A stretch of 64,000 bases of DNA. It comes from an uncultured Alphaproteobacteria bacterium (GTDB lineage Bacteria; Pseudomonadota; Alphaproteobacteria; Rhizobiales; Beijerinckiaceae). The number at the start of each line of letters is the position of its first letter. The first letter of the stretch is position 1. Below are positions 19,056-29,130 of this stretch, in pieces. The stretch covers positions 113,604 through 177,603 of the forward strand of contig CAVUQD010000002.1 of the NCBI GenBank assembly GCA_963743565.1, in the 5' to 3' direction. A program made the translations under genes and the position numbers. The notes beneath the pieces are model-generated. The model had not been told where the DNA came from, made no database searches, and saw only the letters and a program-made list of their open reading frames with translations.

Positions 19056-19388
19056 TCAGGAAGGTATCGGCCGTTTCGTCACGCTTGCGAGCCAGTCCAG
19101 ATAGGCGGCGTCGCCGTCCGCCACCTCGATCTTGAGAATCTCCGGGATCTCGTAATCATGCATCGACCGAATCAGCGCCGAGAGCGCCGCGAAATCCTCG
19201 TCCCTAATCTTGAAGGAGAGCGCGGCCTCCGCATCTTCGCACACGGCGCCGTTCCAGATGTAGCAGCTTCTGATCGGATGCAATTGGACGCAGGCTGCGA
19301 GCCGCGCTTCGAGCGCCGCCAGGGCGATCTCGCGCCCCTTGGCCTCGTTCGCCGCCGTCGCGAGCACGATCGCGAAAGTCTCCGGCAT
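19056..19388 (-). CDS. cutA: Divalent-cation tolerance protein CutA
   Basis: RLAACVQ..IRSCYIWNG...HDYEIPEI...YLDWL; ATG 19388. Confidence 0.92.
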   Translation of the reverse strand: MPETFAIVLATAANEAKGREIALAALEARLAACVQLHPIRSCYIWNGAVCEDAEAALSFKIRDEDFAALSALIRSMHDYEIPEILKIEVADGDAAYLDWLASVTKRPIPS

Positions 19389-19475
19389 GCGTTTCTCCTT
19401 TCCTCTGGCCCTGGCTTGGAGGAAGCCCCGGCCTTCGCTAGAATTGAAGGCGCCGCTTAAAGGACAAATCCGCGC

Positions 19476-21239
19476 ATGACGCAAAGCCTTGAAGACAACC
19501 GCGCTCGAGAGCGGGAAAAGCTCGAAATGCGGGTGGGTTTCGCCGCGGCGGTCTTCGCCGTCGCCTACGCCTTCATCGGCTTGCTCGACCGAATGGGGGC
19601 GCCCGAGGGATTCGTCGCAGCGCTCTCGCCTTACTTCACGATCGTCGCGCTCGCGACCCTCGGCGCGCTGCTGCACTCGATGCGCGTCTCCTATTATTAT
19701 GCCGCCGGCCGCTCGGTGCCCGCACAATATGCGGGCTTCGCTCTCGCCACGCTTTGCGCGGGCCTCATGCTGCCTTTCGCGCCTCAGTTCGCGGCGCGCT
19801 CCTGGGGGATCGGCGTGGCCGGCGGAATGTTTGCGGGCGTCGCGCTCGCCGGCAGCATTCTGGGACCGATGCTGCGCAAGACCGGCGCGTTCTCGCTCTC
19901 GGGCGTGCTCGCGGCCCGCTTCCCGAGCCTGCCGCCCCGCCTCGGCGTGATCGCGCTCGCTTGCGTGTCCTCGGAGCTCGTGGCGCTGGCCGGCCAACAG
20001 ACGGCCGTGGACGTCCTCAGCGGGCTCTGGGGCGGCGGGCGGGGCTTCGCCGCGGCCTGCGTGGCCCTCGCGGTCCTTGCCATCGCGGGGCCGGGAGGAT
20101 TGCTCGGCGCGATCTGGACGGCCTGCGCGGCGGGCGCCGTCGCCCTCGTCGGCTTCGGCTGGCCGGCGCTGGGCCTCATGCTGCGTCGCGCGACGCCTAG
20201 CGGTGGGGACGCCGCGGGAGAGATCGGCGCGAGACTGCAGGACTGGGGGATACTCCCGGCGCAGGTCGATGCGGGCGGCGAGCTGGCGATCGCGCTGGCT
20301 GTGATGCTCGGCCTCGCCATGCTCGCCCCGCTGCTGGCGCCCGCCATTGTGACGCCCCGAGCCGAAAGCACGCGCAATGCGGGTTTCGCCGCGATCGCCT
20401 GGACCTGGGTTTTCGCTTGGCTCGTCGCCGCCGTGGTTGGCGGGGCCACGCTCTCGCTGGCGCGCCAAGTTGGCGGCCAGGCGGCGGAGCGGCTGCCGGA
20501 CGCTGTCTACCAAGCCAGCGCGCGAGGGCTCGTGACAATCTGCGGGTCACGGGCGCCGGATGCGGCCAGCGCGAGACGCGCCTGCGCCGAAAAGGGGTTG
20601 CCGGCGGGCGCGCCCCTCAGCCCGACCGACATCCGGGCGCGCGAGGATTTCCTCGTCACCGGTCTTCCGGCTTTGGAGCGCATGGGCGCCGCCGCCTCCG
20701 GACTGCTCGCCGCTGCGCAAATCGGGCTCGCGCTCGCGCTTGCCGCGGCTGGTCTCCAAGCCTTTGGCACGGCGCTTGGTCACGAGGCGGTCTACAGGCT
20801 GCGCGGCGGCACGGATTTGACGAGCCGGCGACTGGCGACGACACGCATGGCGCTGGTGCTGATCGCGACAGCGGGCTATCTGGCGAGCGCGCATAACCTC
20901 TTCGACGCGAAAGCCTTGCTCGTTCTCGCGCTCGGACTTTCCGCCGCGGCAGGCGCTCCGGTCACCGCGCTCGCGCTTTGGCCGCGCGCCGAGGATCGCG
21001 ACGCCGTCATTGCGCTGCTCGCCGGCCTTTTCGGCATGACCGTGACCATTATTGTGGCCGGCAGCGCGCGCTTCGTCGTCGTCGCGGAAGCCTCGCTCGT
21101 GGGCGCGGCGCTCGGCCTCGCCGCCGGCGTCCTGTCCGCCCGATCCCGTTCCGGCAATGTCTCGTCGCTGGCGAGCACCTTCGTCACGCGTGTGCTGCAC
21201 GGAGACGGCGACGTGATGGGCCCGGACAAGGGCGCCTGA
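19476..21239 (+). CDS. Sodium:solute symporter family (ActP-like) membrane protein
   Basis: 587 aa, many TM segments; YYAAGRSVP, LRKTGAFSL..LAARF. Confidence 0.8.
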   Translation: MTQSLEDNRAREREKLEMRVGFAAAVFAVAYAFIGLLDRMGAPEGFVAALSPYFTIVALATLGALLHSMRVSYYYAAGRSVPAQYAGFALATLCAGLMLPFAPQFAARSWGIGVAGGMFAGVALAGSILGPMLRKTGAFSLSGVLAARFPSLPPRLGVIALACVSSELVALAGQQTAVDVLSGLWGGGRGFAAACVALAVLAIAGPGGLLGAIWTACAAGAVALVGFGWPALGLMLRRATPSGGDAAGEIGARLQDWGILPAQVDAGGELAIALAVMLGLAMLAPLLAPAIVTPRAESTRNAGFAAIAWTWVFAWLVAAVVGGATLSLARQVGGQAAERLPDAVYQASARGLVTICGSRAPDAASARRACAEKGLPAGAPLSPTDIRAREDFLVTGLPALERMGAAASGLLAAAQIGLALALAAAGLQAFGTALGHEAVYRLRGGTDLTSRRLATTRMALVLIATAGYLASAHNLFDAKALLVLALGLSAAAGAPVTALALWPRAEDRDAVIALLAGLFGMTVTIIVAGSARFVVVAEASLVGAALGLAAGVLSARSRSGNVSSLASTFVTRVLHGDGDVMGPDKGA

Positions 21240-21491
21240 GGGACTCCCGCCCTCTGCTTGCGCGCAAGCGGGTTTTGCGGCAAGTCACGCGCCAGAGTGA
21301 ATCGTTTTCGATCGCGTGAAAACATGAGATCGAAAGGGACTAAGCTCCAAATCAAAAACTTAGAGCATGCACTGATCGGAAAACGCTCCGTGCTATTCCG
21401 GGACATGCTCTAAACGGCTTGGGGGGATCGGTCATCCCTGCACGGATCCGGGCGCCGAGAAAGGCTCCCGACTTTCGAGGGAAGGGAAGAC

Positions 21492-22862
21492 ATGGCCCGC
21501 GATGCAGACGACGCTACGCCAATCTCGTCGCGTCGGGAGCTCGTGGAGTGGCTGGCGGCAGGCGTCAAGGCCCCGGGCTCGCGTCTCAGGATCGGGACGG
21601 AGCACGAAAAAATCAGCTTCTACAAAGCCACTCGCACGCCGGTCCCCTACGAGAACGGCGTGCGCGCGCTGATCGAAGGGCTCGAGGCTTCGCTCGGCTG
21701 GACGGTGATCCGCGACCGCGATTGGCCGATCGGACTCTACGATCCCAAAGGCGGAGCGGCGATCTCGATCGAGCCGGGCGGACAATTCGAGCTTTCGGGC
21801 GCCCCGCTAGAAAGCGTGCATGAGACGAGACGCGAGCGCGACGCGCATTTTGCGGCCGTCGCCGCGATCGCGGGGCCGCTTGGCGTCTCCTTTCTCGACC
21901 TCGGCGCGAGCCCGAAATGGTCGCGGGCCGAGACGCCCGTCATGCCCAAGCAGCGCTATCAGATCATGTCGGACTATATGCCGAAGGTGGGCGCGCTCGG
22001 CCTCGACATGATGTTTCGCACCGCGACGATTCAGGCGAATCTGGATTTCACGAGCGAAGCCGACATGGTGAAGAAGTTTCGCGCGGGTCTCGCGCTGCAG
22101 CCCGTGGTGACCGCGCTCTTCGCCAATTCGCCCTTCATCGACGGCAAGCCCACGGGAGCGCTTTCACAGCGTTCCGTCATCTGGCGCGACACCGACCCCG
22201 CGCGCACCGGCATGCTGCCTTTCGTCTTCGAAGCGGGAATGGGCTTCGAGCGCTATGTGGACTATGCGCTCGACGTTCCGATGTATTTCGTCAAGCGCGC
22301 TGCTTTCTATCATGACGTCGCCGGCGCGAGCTTTCGCGATCTTCTGGCCGGCCGTCTCCCGCAGCTGCCGGGCGAGCGCGCGACGATCTCCGACTGGGCG
22401 AACCATCTCTCGACCATCTTCCCGGAAGTGCGGTTGAAGACCTATCTCGAGATGCGGGGCGCCGACGCCGGCCCGCCGGAGCACATACTCGCCCTGCCGG
22501 CGCTGTTCGCTGGGCTCTTCTATGACGCCGCCGCGCTCGACGGCGCTCTGGCGCTCGTCTCCGATTGGACGGCCGAGGCGCGCGAGGAGATGCGCGCCGC
22601 GGTCCCGTTCCACGCGCTGCAGACTCGCATCAAGGGGAGGACGCTGCGCGAAGTCGCGCTCGACATGCTGACGCTTGCGAGGGGCGGCTTAGAGCGGCGT
22701 GCTTTGCGAGACGCGAGCGGCGCTGACGAAAGCGTCTATCTCGCCCCGCTCGAGGCGATCGCGGAGAGAGGTGCGCCGCTCGCCGCCGAAAGACTGCAAG
22801 CGTTCAACACGCGATGGGGAGGAAGCGTCGATCCCGCTTTCGCGGAGTGCGTCCTGCTTTAA
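21492..22862 (+). CDS. gshA: Glutamate--cysteine ligase
   Basis: RIGTEHEK, EPGGQFELSG, MMFRTATIQANLD, FANSPF, FPEVRLK.YLEMRGAD. Confidence 0.96.
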   Translation: MARDADDATPISSRRELVEWLAAGVKAPGSRLRIGTEHEKISFYKATRTPVPYENGVRALIEGLEASLGWTVIRDRDWPIGLYDPKGGAAISIEPGGQFELSGAPLESVHETRRERDAHFAAVAAIAGPLGVSFLDLGASPKWSRAETPVMPKQRYQIMSDYMPKVGALGLDMMFRTATIQANLDFTSEADMVKKFRAGLALQPVVTALFANSPFIDGKPTGALSQRSVIWRDTDPARTGMLPFVFEAGMGFERYVDYALDVPMYFVKRAAFYHDVAGASFRDLLAGRLPQLPGERATISDWANHLSTIFPEVRLKTYLEMRGADAGPPEHILALPALFAGLFYDAAALDGALALVSDWTAEAREEMRAAVPFHALQTRIKGRTLREVALDMLTLARGGLERRALRDASGADESVYLAPLEAIAERGAPLAAERLQAFNTRWGGSVDPAFAECVLL

Positions 22863-22884
22863 GCCGGACTGGTTCGACCGGCGA

Positions 22885-23256
22885 TCAGCGCCTGTAAAGT
22901 TGCGCGTCGGAAGCGGCAGGCCCCTGGACGGTTTCGGAAACGCCCCTGACGCCGTCGGAAAGCGCGCGCGCCAGCCCGGCCGGGGCCGCCATCAGCGTCG
23001 GCGGCGCGCTCTCATGGGCCATTTCCGCGTGCACATGCTCGCCAATTCGCACGCAGCGCTGTCCCCCGGCGACTTCGACATAATCCGGGCCACGAGCGGC
23101 GCAATGGTTGTGGTTGACCGCCGGCTCCGCCGACGCAGACGCGCAGGCGAGACCCGCGAACGCGACGAAGGCGGCGGCGCGTGAAAGAGAGCATGTCGGT
23201 CGAGAGAAAGCTCGCATTGCCGCGGCCCGTGGTTGCGTCGGCCTGCGGGCCGACAT
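22885..23256 (-). CDS. Small exported hypothetical protein with a two-Cys motif
   Basis: Signal-like AAAFVAFAGLACASASA, then CAARGPDYVEVAGGQRCVRIG; start codon uncertain. Confidence 0.55.
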   Translation of the reverse strand: MSARRPTQPRAAAMRAFSRPTCSLSRAAAFVAFAGLACASASAEPAVNHNHCAARGPDYVEVAGGQRCVRIGEHVHAEMAHESAPPTLMAAPAGLARALSDGVRGVSETVQGPAASDAQLYRR

Positions 23257-23422
23257 TCATTCTTCAACGCCACTCTTTAACGCGCCGGGGCGGGCAAAAA
23301 TGCGGCCGAATGCATACGCCGCTTTTGAAAGGAGAATTACCCCACCCTAAGCGCCGCGACGCTCGTTGAATTTAGTAGACTAGAACATCGTGGCGGCATC
23401 GTGTCGGAGCGCAATAAGTTCT

Positions 23423-24178
23423 TCACCGCCAGTCGCCCAGAGTCGCCTGAATCAGCGCGAGCGCCGCCACGGCCGCCGTGTCCGCGCGCAGTATCCTCGG
23501 ACCCAGTGAAAGGCGTAGGACATTGTGGCGGCTCAAGATCATGGCGCGCTCCGTTTCGTCGAACCCGCCCTCCGGGCCGATCAGCACGGCGAGCGGAGGG
23601 GGCGCGGGCAAATCGGCGCCCTTGCCGCGCAGAGTTTCGAGCGCATTGGTTAACGGAGCGTCTTCGTCACAGAAGACGAGCAGGCGCTGCGGGTCGAGAC
23701 CCGCGAGATAGCGGTCGAGATCGACCGGCTCGAGCGTCTCGGGGATCGTCAGCAGGCCGCATTGCTCCGCCGCCTCGATGGCGTTGGCGCGCAGCCGATG
23801 CGCGCTGACGCGCCGCATTTGCGTGCGTTTCGTCAAGACGGGCGTCAGGCGCGCCGCGCCCATCTCGGTCGCCTTCTGAACCATATAGTCGAGGCGCGCC
23901 TGCTTGAGCGGCGCGAAGGCGTAGTCGAGATCGCCGGGCGCGGTCTGCTCGCGAAGCCGCTGCTCGACGCGGAGCGCCGCCGCGCGCTTCGAGACCATGT
24001 CGATCGTCGCCCGCCATTCGCCGTCGCGACCGTTGAAGACAAGAATCGCGTCGCCCTGCCGCAGCCGCAGCACATTGAGGAGATAGTTTTGCGCGTCAGT
24101 AGTGGGCGCGACGCGCGCGCCCTCCGTGAGGTCGTCCTCGACGAAGAGGCGTTGCGCGGCGAAGTCGTAAGGGGACAC
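23423..24178 (-). CDS. rsmE: 16S rRNA m3U1498 methyltransferase
   Basis: YLLNVLRL, KATEMG, EAAEQC, IGPEGGF, LGPRILRADTA. Confidence 0.96.
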   Translation of the reverse strand: MSPYDFAAQRLFVEDDLTEGARVAPTTDAQNYLLNVLRLRQGDAILVFNGRDGEWRATIDMVSKRAAALRVEQRLREQTAPGDLDYAFAPLKQARLDYMVQKATEMGAARLTPVLTKRTQMRRVSAHRLRANAIEAAEQCGLLTIPETLEPVDLDRYLAGLDPQRLLVFCDEDAPLTNALETLRGKGADLPAPPPLAVLIGPEGGFDETERAMILSRHNVLRLSLGPRILRADTAAVAALALIQATLGDWR

Positions 24179-24301
24179 GCTTGCTTCCTTTGACCAGCGA
24201 GGGGACGATTGCTTTCAGGATAAGGCTGCAACGCCTCCCCCCTCAGCCCCGGCGCCCCCTGTGTGATTTTATCCTTGGACGCGCCAACCATGCAGGCCGG
24301 G

Positions 24302-24739
24302 TCAGGTGCGGCGCACTTGCCCGGCCGCGCCGGAGTTGACGAGGGCAAGGAAGCGGTCGCGGATCGTGGCGAAGAGTCCGGGCGGCAACATGCCGTAGGC
24401 GACCGAAGCCTCGTCGGCGTTTGGCGCGCGGCGCAGATCGGGGCCGGGCCAGACGAATTCATTCCACTCGGAAAGCACGATCCACGAGCGCGCCGCGTCG
24501 AGACGCAGCCGTTCTTTGACCTTGGCGGGAATCTCGACGGCGAGGCTGGCGTGATCGGGCGGGCTATGGGTGATCGGCAGCACGAGGACGCGGGTGTCGC
24601 CGCTTTTGTCGGCGCGGATGGCGGCGATGATCGCGCAGGGGCGATCCTTCTGACCTTCCTCGCGACCTTCAAGATGTTCGCGATACCAGAGATAGCTGTA
24701 GCGGATAACGAGGCCGGAAACCGGTTGAGGGAGCGCCAC
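24302..24739 (-). CDS. PemK/MazF-like toxin (putative)
   Basis: GLVIRYSYLW..EEGQKDRPC..VLVLPITHSPP; directly downstream of a Phd antitoxin. Confidence 0.65.
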   Translation of the reverse strand: MALPQPVSGLVIRYSYLWYREHLEGREEGQKDRPCAIIAAIRADKSGDTRVLVLPITHSPPDHASLAVEIPAKVKERLRLDAARSWIVLSEWNEFVWPGPDLRRAPNADEASVAYGMLPPGLFATIRDRFLALVNSGAAGQVRRT

Positions 24740-24743
24740 GGCC

Positions 24744-25004
24744 TCACTTCAGCTCGGCATCGAGGGGCGCAAATTCGTCCGGGACTTTCGCCGACTGCAC
24801 CGCCTCGACCCATTCCTCGGGGAGTTCGGTCGCGAGCCCGACGCGGCGGTCGCGGCGCTTGAGGCGTTCCCATTCTTCCGCCGACATGATGACGAGCGAG
24901 TCGCGGCCGTGCTTGGTGATGACGACCGGCTCTTGGCGGGCCTTGTCGCTCAGCGCGCCGAAGGCTTGCTGAAACTCGCTGGCGGTGACGCGGGTGGGCT
25001 GCAT
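24744..25004 (-). CDS. Phd/YefM-family antitoxin
   Basis: VTASEFQQAFG..EPVVITKHGRDSLVIMSAEEW; upstream palindrome TATCTA-AAA-TAGATA at 25029-25043. Confidence 0.88.
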   Translation of the reverse strand: MQPTRVTASEFQQAFGALSDKARQEPVVITKHGRDSLVIMSAEEWERLKRRDRRVGLATELPEEWVEAVQSAKVPDEFAPLDAELK

Positions 25005-25130
25005 GGCTGACCTCTCTTTTGGATATTATATCTAAAATAGATAATTTTGCACCGGGCTAAATAGGGAGCCCGCATGACCCGCGACGAATAGGAGGCCGAG
25101 ATATGCGCGCACCCTCTGCGAGCGAGTCTT

Positions 25131-25168
25131 CGACGAAGAGGCCTTGCGCGGCGAAGTCGTAGGGGACA
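25131..25168. repeat. Degenerate direct repeat of the rsmE 5' end (24139-24177)
   Basis: CGACGAAGAGGC(G/C)TTGCGCGGCGAAGTCGTA(A/-)GGGGACA: one mismatch and one indel. Confidence 0.85.
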
Positions 25169-25255
25169 AGGCGATAATCCTTGTGGCGGCGAAGCACAGG
25201 AGGCAGGATAGGCTAGAAGCGCTCCGAATGTCGGATGAACAACCAAGGAACTCCC

Positions 25256-25498
25256 ATGTCGCTCAACATCAAGGTTGGCGAACCCAAAAGCCGGCTCTCC
25301 GAGCTTCTCGACAAAGTCGAAGCCGGCGAAGACGTCTTTATCGCCCGGGACGATGAGCCGATCGCGCGGCTGACCCGTGTCCCCAGGACGATGGAATTCG
25401 CCGCCCTCGTCGCCGAGGTGAAAGCCGCCCGCGCCGGGCGCGCGAAGACGACGCCCGAGGAGTTGATCGCCTGGCGAGATGAAGGTCGCCGGTTCTGA
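25256..25498 (+). CDS. Orphan Phd/YefM-family antitoxin
   Basis: IKVGEPKSRLSELLDKVEAGEDVFIARDDEPIARL; no toxin ORF follows. Confidence 0.8.
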   Translation: MSLNIKVGEPKSRLSELLDKVEAGEDVFIARDDEPIARLTRVPRTMEFAALVAEVKAARAGRAKTTPEELIAWRDEGRRF

Positions 25499-25597
25499 TG
25501 GCGTTGAATGCCGACAGGCGATTAAGGGCAACGGGCAATTTGATCAATTGTTGAAATTTGCTACGCTGGCGCTGGTCCTGGTTGGGGGCGGCGTCCC

Positions 25598-27022
25598 ATG
25601 CAAATCATTTCCTTGATAACGTCGGAACTCCCGCTTCCAACGTTAGTGCTTGTTGTTTTTATTAGCATAGTTGGGATTTGGTTCCATCTATTTTATTCAG
25701 AGAAAACAGTTGAGTTCGGGCCGGCGATCCTCACTACCACTGGCATTTTCGCTACATTCATTGGCATTGCTGCCGGGCTCTCAGGTTTCGACGCTAAACA
25801 TATTCTTGAGAGCGTGCCTGCGCTCCTCGATGGCCTCAAGACGGCGATTTGGGGCTCTGTAGCGGGCGTATTCTGGGCTCTTACGATCAAATATCGTCTT
25901 TACATTTTCGGGATTGGATCGAAAGCGCCCGAAGTTGGCCAAGGTGGAGCCACCGTCGACGACATCGTCAAATCCTTAGGCGGGATTCATTGGGCGCTTG
26001 CTGGCAACGAAGACAGCACGTTGGTTTCTCAACTCAAGCTGATGAGGCAGGAAACTAGAGACGGATTGGATGCCCTCAAAAAATCTCAAACAGAAGCGCT
26101 GCAAATGTTATCCAAAATGGGCTCTGCTGCGCTGGTGGAGGCTCTTCAGGAGGTAATAAGGGACTTCAACGCCCGGATCAACGAGCAGTTTGGCGAGAAT
26201 TTTAAACACCTTAACGAGGGGGTTGCGGCCCTCCTTGTGTGGCAGGAGCAGCACAAGGCGCATGTTGAGGCCGTGTCATCGCGCCTGGATCAAGTTGTCG
26301 AGAACTCAGCACTCATAACTGAAAATCATCAGCGAATAGTGAGCCAAGCAACTGCGTTTACCGCAACTGCTGAAGGCCTTTCTTCGCTTCTGGAGGCACT
26401 TGAGACACAAAAGGAGCAAATCTTGGCTTATGCTAGCTCTTTGGGTGAACTGTTGAATTCCGCGCAAGGATCAATTCCGAAAATCGAGGAGCGTATTGTA
26501 GCGATTTCAGATCAACTTGGTCGCGCGTCGACACAAAGCCAAGAAACGCTCGCTCGCTCGGTCGAGGAAAACGCGACAAATATCAAGCGCACGTTGGAGA
26601 ACGCGAATCTAACTGCGGCTAAAGCGCAGGAACAACACTCTCAGCAGATATCTCAGCTCGTGACGGAGTTGGACAAACGGATATCAGCTATGATCCGCAA
26701 ACTCGATGATACTACTACAAGAAACCAGGAGTTTTTGACACGCGCCGTGGAAGAGAGTGCCGCTAGCGTCAAGCGTACTTTGGAGGCATCGAGCGAGGCT
26801 TCAAGGAAAGCGGTAGAAGCCCATGCGCAGGAAATTTCTCAGTTGGTTGCCAAGACCAAGAAACAGATTGATCAATTAGACGAAGCCCTTGGCGTCGAAT
26901 TGACGAAATCATTGGATGCAATGGGTGGGCAGTTAGCGGCTCTAAGTGAAAAATTCGTCTCAGATTATGGACCACTTACGGAGAAGTTGCGTAAGATTGT
27001 CGCAATCGCTGAGGGCGTTTAA
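25598..27022 (+). CDS. zorA: ZorA-like MotA/TolQ/ExbB membrane protein with a long helical tail
   Basis: N-terminal TMs with GPAILTTTGIFATFIGI and LLDGLKTAI.GSVAG; DFN..INEQFGENFK; precedes OmpA/MotB and HNH genes. Confidence 0.85.
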   Translation: MQIISLITSELPLPTLVLVVFISIVGIWFHLFYSEKTVEFGPAILTTTGIFATFIGIAAGLSGFDAKHILESVPALLDGLKTAIWGSVAGVFWALTIKYRLYIFGIGSKAPEVGQGGATVDDIVKSLGGIHWALAGNEDSTLVSQLKLMRQETRDGLDALKKSQTEALQMLSKMGSAALVEALQEVIRDFNARINEQFGENFKHLNEGVAALLVWQEQHKAHVEAVSSRLDQVVENSALITENHQRIVSQATAFTATAEGLSSLLEALETQKEQILAYASSLGELLNSAQGSIPKIEERIVAISDQLGRASTQSQETLARSVEENATNIKRTLENANLTAAKAQEQHSQQISQLVTELDKRISAMIRKLDDTTTRNQEFLTRAVEESAASVKRTLEASSEASRKAVEAHAQEISQLVAKTKKQIDQLDEALGVELTKSLDAMGGQLAALSEKFVSDYGPLTEKLRKIVAIAEGV

Positions 27023-27126
27023 TGGTCAACACGTCCCTTCCAACCCGAAAGCCGGCTCGGAAAGCGAGCGAAGAGCATTGGATTCCGTTAAGCGACCTGA
27101 TGACGGGATGACCTGCCCCCGAACTT

Positions 27127-28052
27127 TCATCCATCGGCGAGTTGAGTCCTTGAGGTTGATACGCCTGAGGGCGCGGATGTAGCAACAGGCGATCGGCGGA
27201 GCTGGTCGGGGTTGCGGCGCCGATCGCCTGTTGCGGCGAGGTTGGCCGCATATTCTGCTGGCGTCGCATAACCGAGGGAGGAATGCGGTCGCTGGTGGTT
27301 GTAGTCGGCCGTCCACGAGCCGATTGTCTTTCTCGCATGGTCGAGGCCGAAGAACAGCGTCTCGTTGAGCAACTCATCACGCATGCGGCCGTTGAAGCTC
27401 TCGCAGAAGCCATTCTGCATCGGCTTCCCCGGCGCGATGTAATGCCACTCGACCCTGTTTTCGTTCGCCCAGGATAGGACGGCGTTCGAGGTGAACTCCG
27501 TCCCGTGGTCGGAGACGATCATGCCAGGCCTGCCGCGTCGTGCGATCAGCGTCGTCAGCTCGCGCGCCACTCGCTTGCCGGAGATCGATGTGTCCGGGAT
27601 CGCCGCCAGGCATTCGCGCGTCACGTCGTCGACGACGTTCAAGATACGGAAGCGGCGGCCGCAGGCGAACTGATCATGCACAAAGTCCAAAGACCAGCGC
27701 GCGTTCGGCTTCGCCTCGACCGGGATCGGCGCCCGCGTCCCCACGGCTCGGCGGCGAGCGCGGCGCTTCCTCACCGTCAGCCCTTCCTCACGGTAGAGCC
27801 GATAGATGCGGTTCTTGCCCGCGGGCTCGCCCTGTTGCCGAAGCAACACGAACAGCCTTCGATAGCCGAAGCGCCGGCGGGCGTTGGCGAGATCGCGCAA
27901 CTTGGCGCGAAGCTCGGCGTCCGCCGGTCGCTTCGACGCATAACGCATGGTCTTGCGGTCGATGGCGACGATCTGGCAGGCCCGACGTTCCGACAGGCCC
28001 ATCACGGCCCGAAGGTGCGCGACGGCTTCGCGCTTGACGGCGGGCCCTACCA
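27127..28052 (-). CDS. IS3 transposase OrfB (DDE), joined to OrfA by -1 frameshift
   Basis: [34 protein letters not shown]. Confidence 0.92.
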
Positions 28053-28313
28053 TTTTTTTGACAAGAGCTCGCGAAGCGCGGCCGCATCGAGCATCTGATC
28101 GGCCAGAAGCTTCTTCAGCCGCGCGTTTTCCTCCTCCAGCGCCTTCAGCCGTTTGGCCTCGGAAACCTCCATGCCGCCGAATTTGGCTTTCCAATTGTAG
28201 AGCGTCGTCTCCGAAACCGCGTATTTGCGCGCCAGGTCGGCCGCCTTCGCGCCCGCCTCTTGCTCTCGCAAAATCCCGATGATCTGCTCTTCCGTGAACC
28301 GTTTCTTCTTCAT
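28047..28313 (-). CDS. IS3 transposase OrfA
   Basis: [30 protein letters not shown]; A7 frameshift run at 28053-28059. Confidence 0.92.
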   Translation of the reverse strand: MKKKRFTEEQIIGILREQEAGAKAADLARKYAVSETTLYNWKAKFGGMEVSEAKRLKALEEENARLKKLLADQMLDAAALRELLSKKW

Positions 28314-29130
28314 CGTGTCCGTCCTGCAATAGGCCGGACTCTAATCGCTTCTGGAGGGATTTCTCAGGGGCAGGTCAGGGATTGATGATGATATTTATGC
28401 TTGTTGCGGTCGTATTCATGCTGAAGGTGGAAGCTGATTCGAAGGCGGCAGATATCTTGAGGGACCAAGTCAAAGAGAAGGCCAAAGAGACAGAAAAACA
28501 AAAGAAAAAAATGGAGGATTTAGCCTCTTTGTATCTAAATATGAAGACTAAGTTGTATGAGCGCTTACTACAGGAATTTTCAAAAAATCGAGATCAGTGG
28601 CACTTAGACATAAAACCCGATCTTGCTATCGAATTTCGCGAGCCTGACGTGTTATTCGAGAGTCAAAAATTCGAATTGCGTGATGCGTTTAAAGATATAC
28701 TCAAAGACTTTTTCCCCCGCTACTTAAACATTTTAGATGGCCAAGAATTCAAAGACTCGATAGAGGAAATCAGAATAGAGGGCCATACTTCAAGTAAATG
28801 GAAGGACATGCCTCTCGATGAGGCATATTTGAAAAATATGGAGCTATCGCAGGCCCGAACTCGTGCCGTCTTGGAATATGTCCTACTCGAATTACCACGA
28901 AGTCCGGACGCGCAGCGCTGGCTTAAGGGTCATCTGACAGCGAATGGGCTGTCGTCATCAAAGCTGCATGTCAAGCTAGATGGGACCGAGGACCCCGAGG
29001 CTTCGCGTAGGGTAGAGTTTCGAGTGCGCACGAACGCCGAGCGTCTCATTGAAAAAGTGCTGGAGGCCGCTCGGCCACAGCCGATGCCCCGAGCAGTCAA
29101 TCCGGAACAATCCAAAAAGCCTGTTCGACC

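Larger units (their letters stand above)
27109..28377 (-). mobile_element. IS3-family (IS407-like) insertion sequence
   Basis: IRs starting TGACCTGCCCC at both ends; 4-bp target duplication GGGA (27105-27108 and 28378-28381); 1269 bp. Confidence 0.95.
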
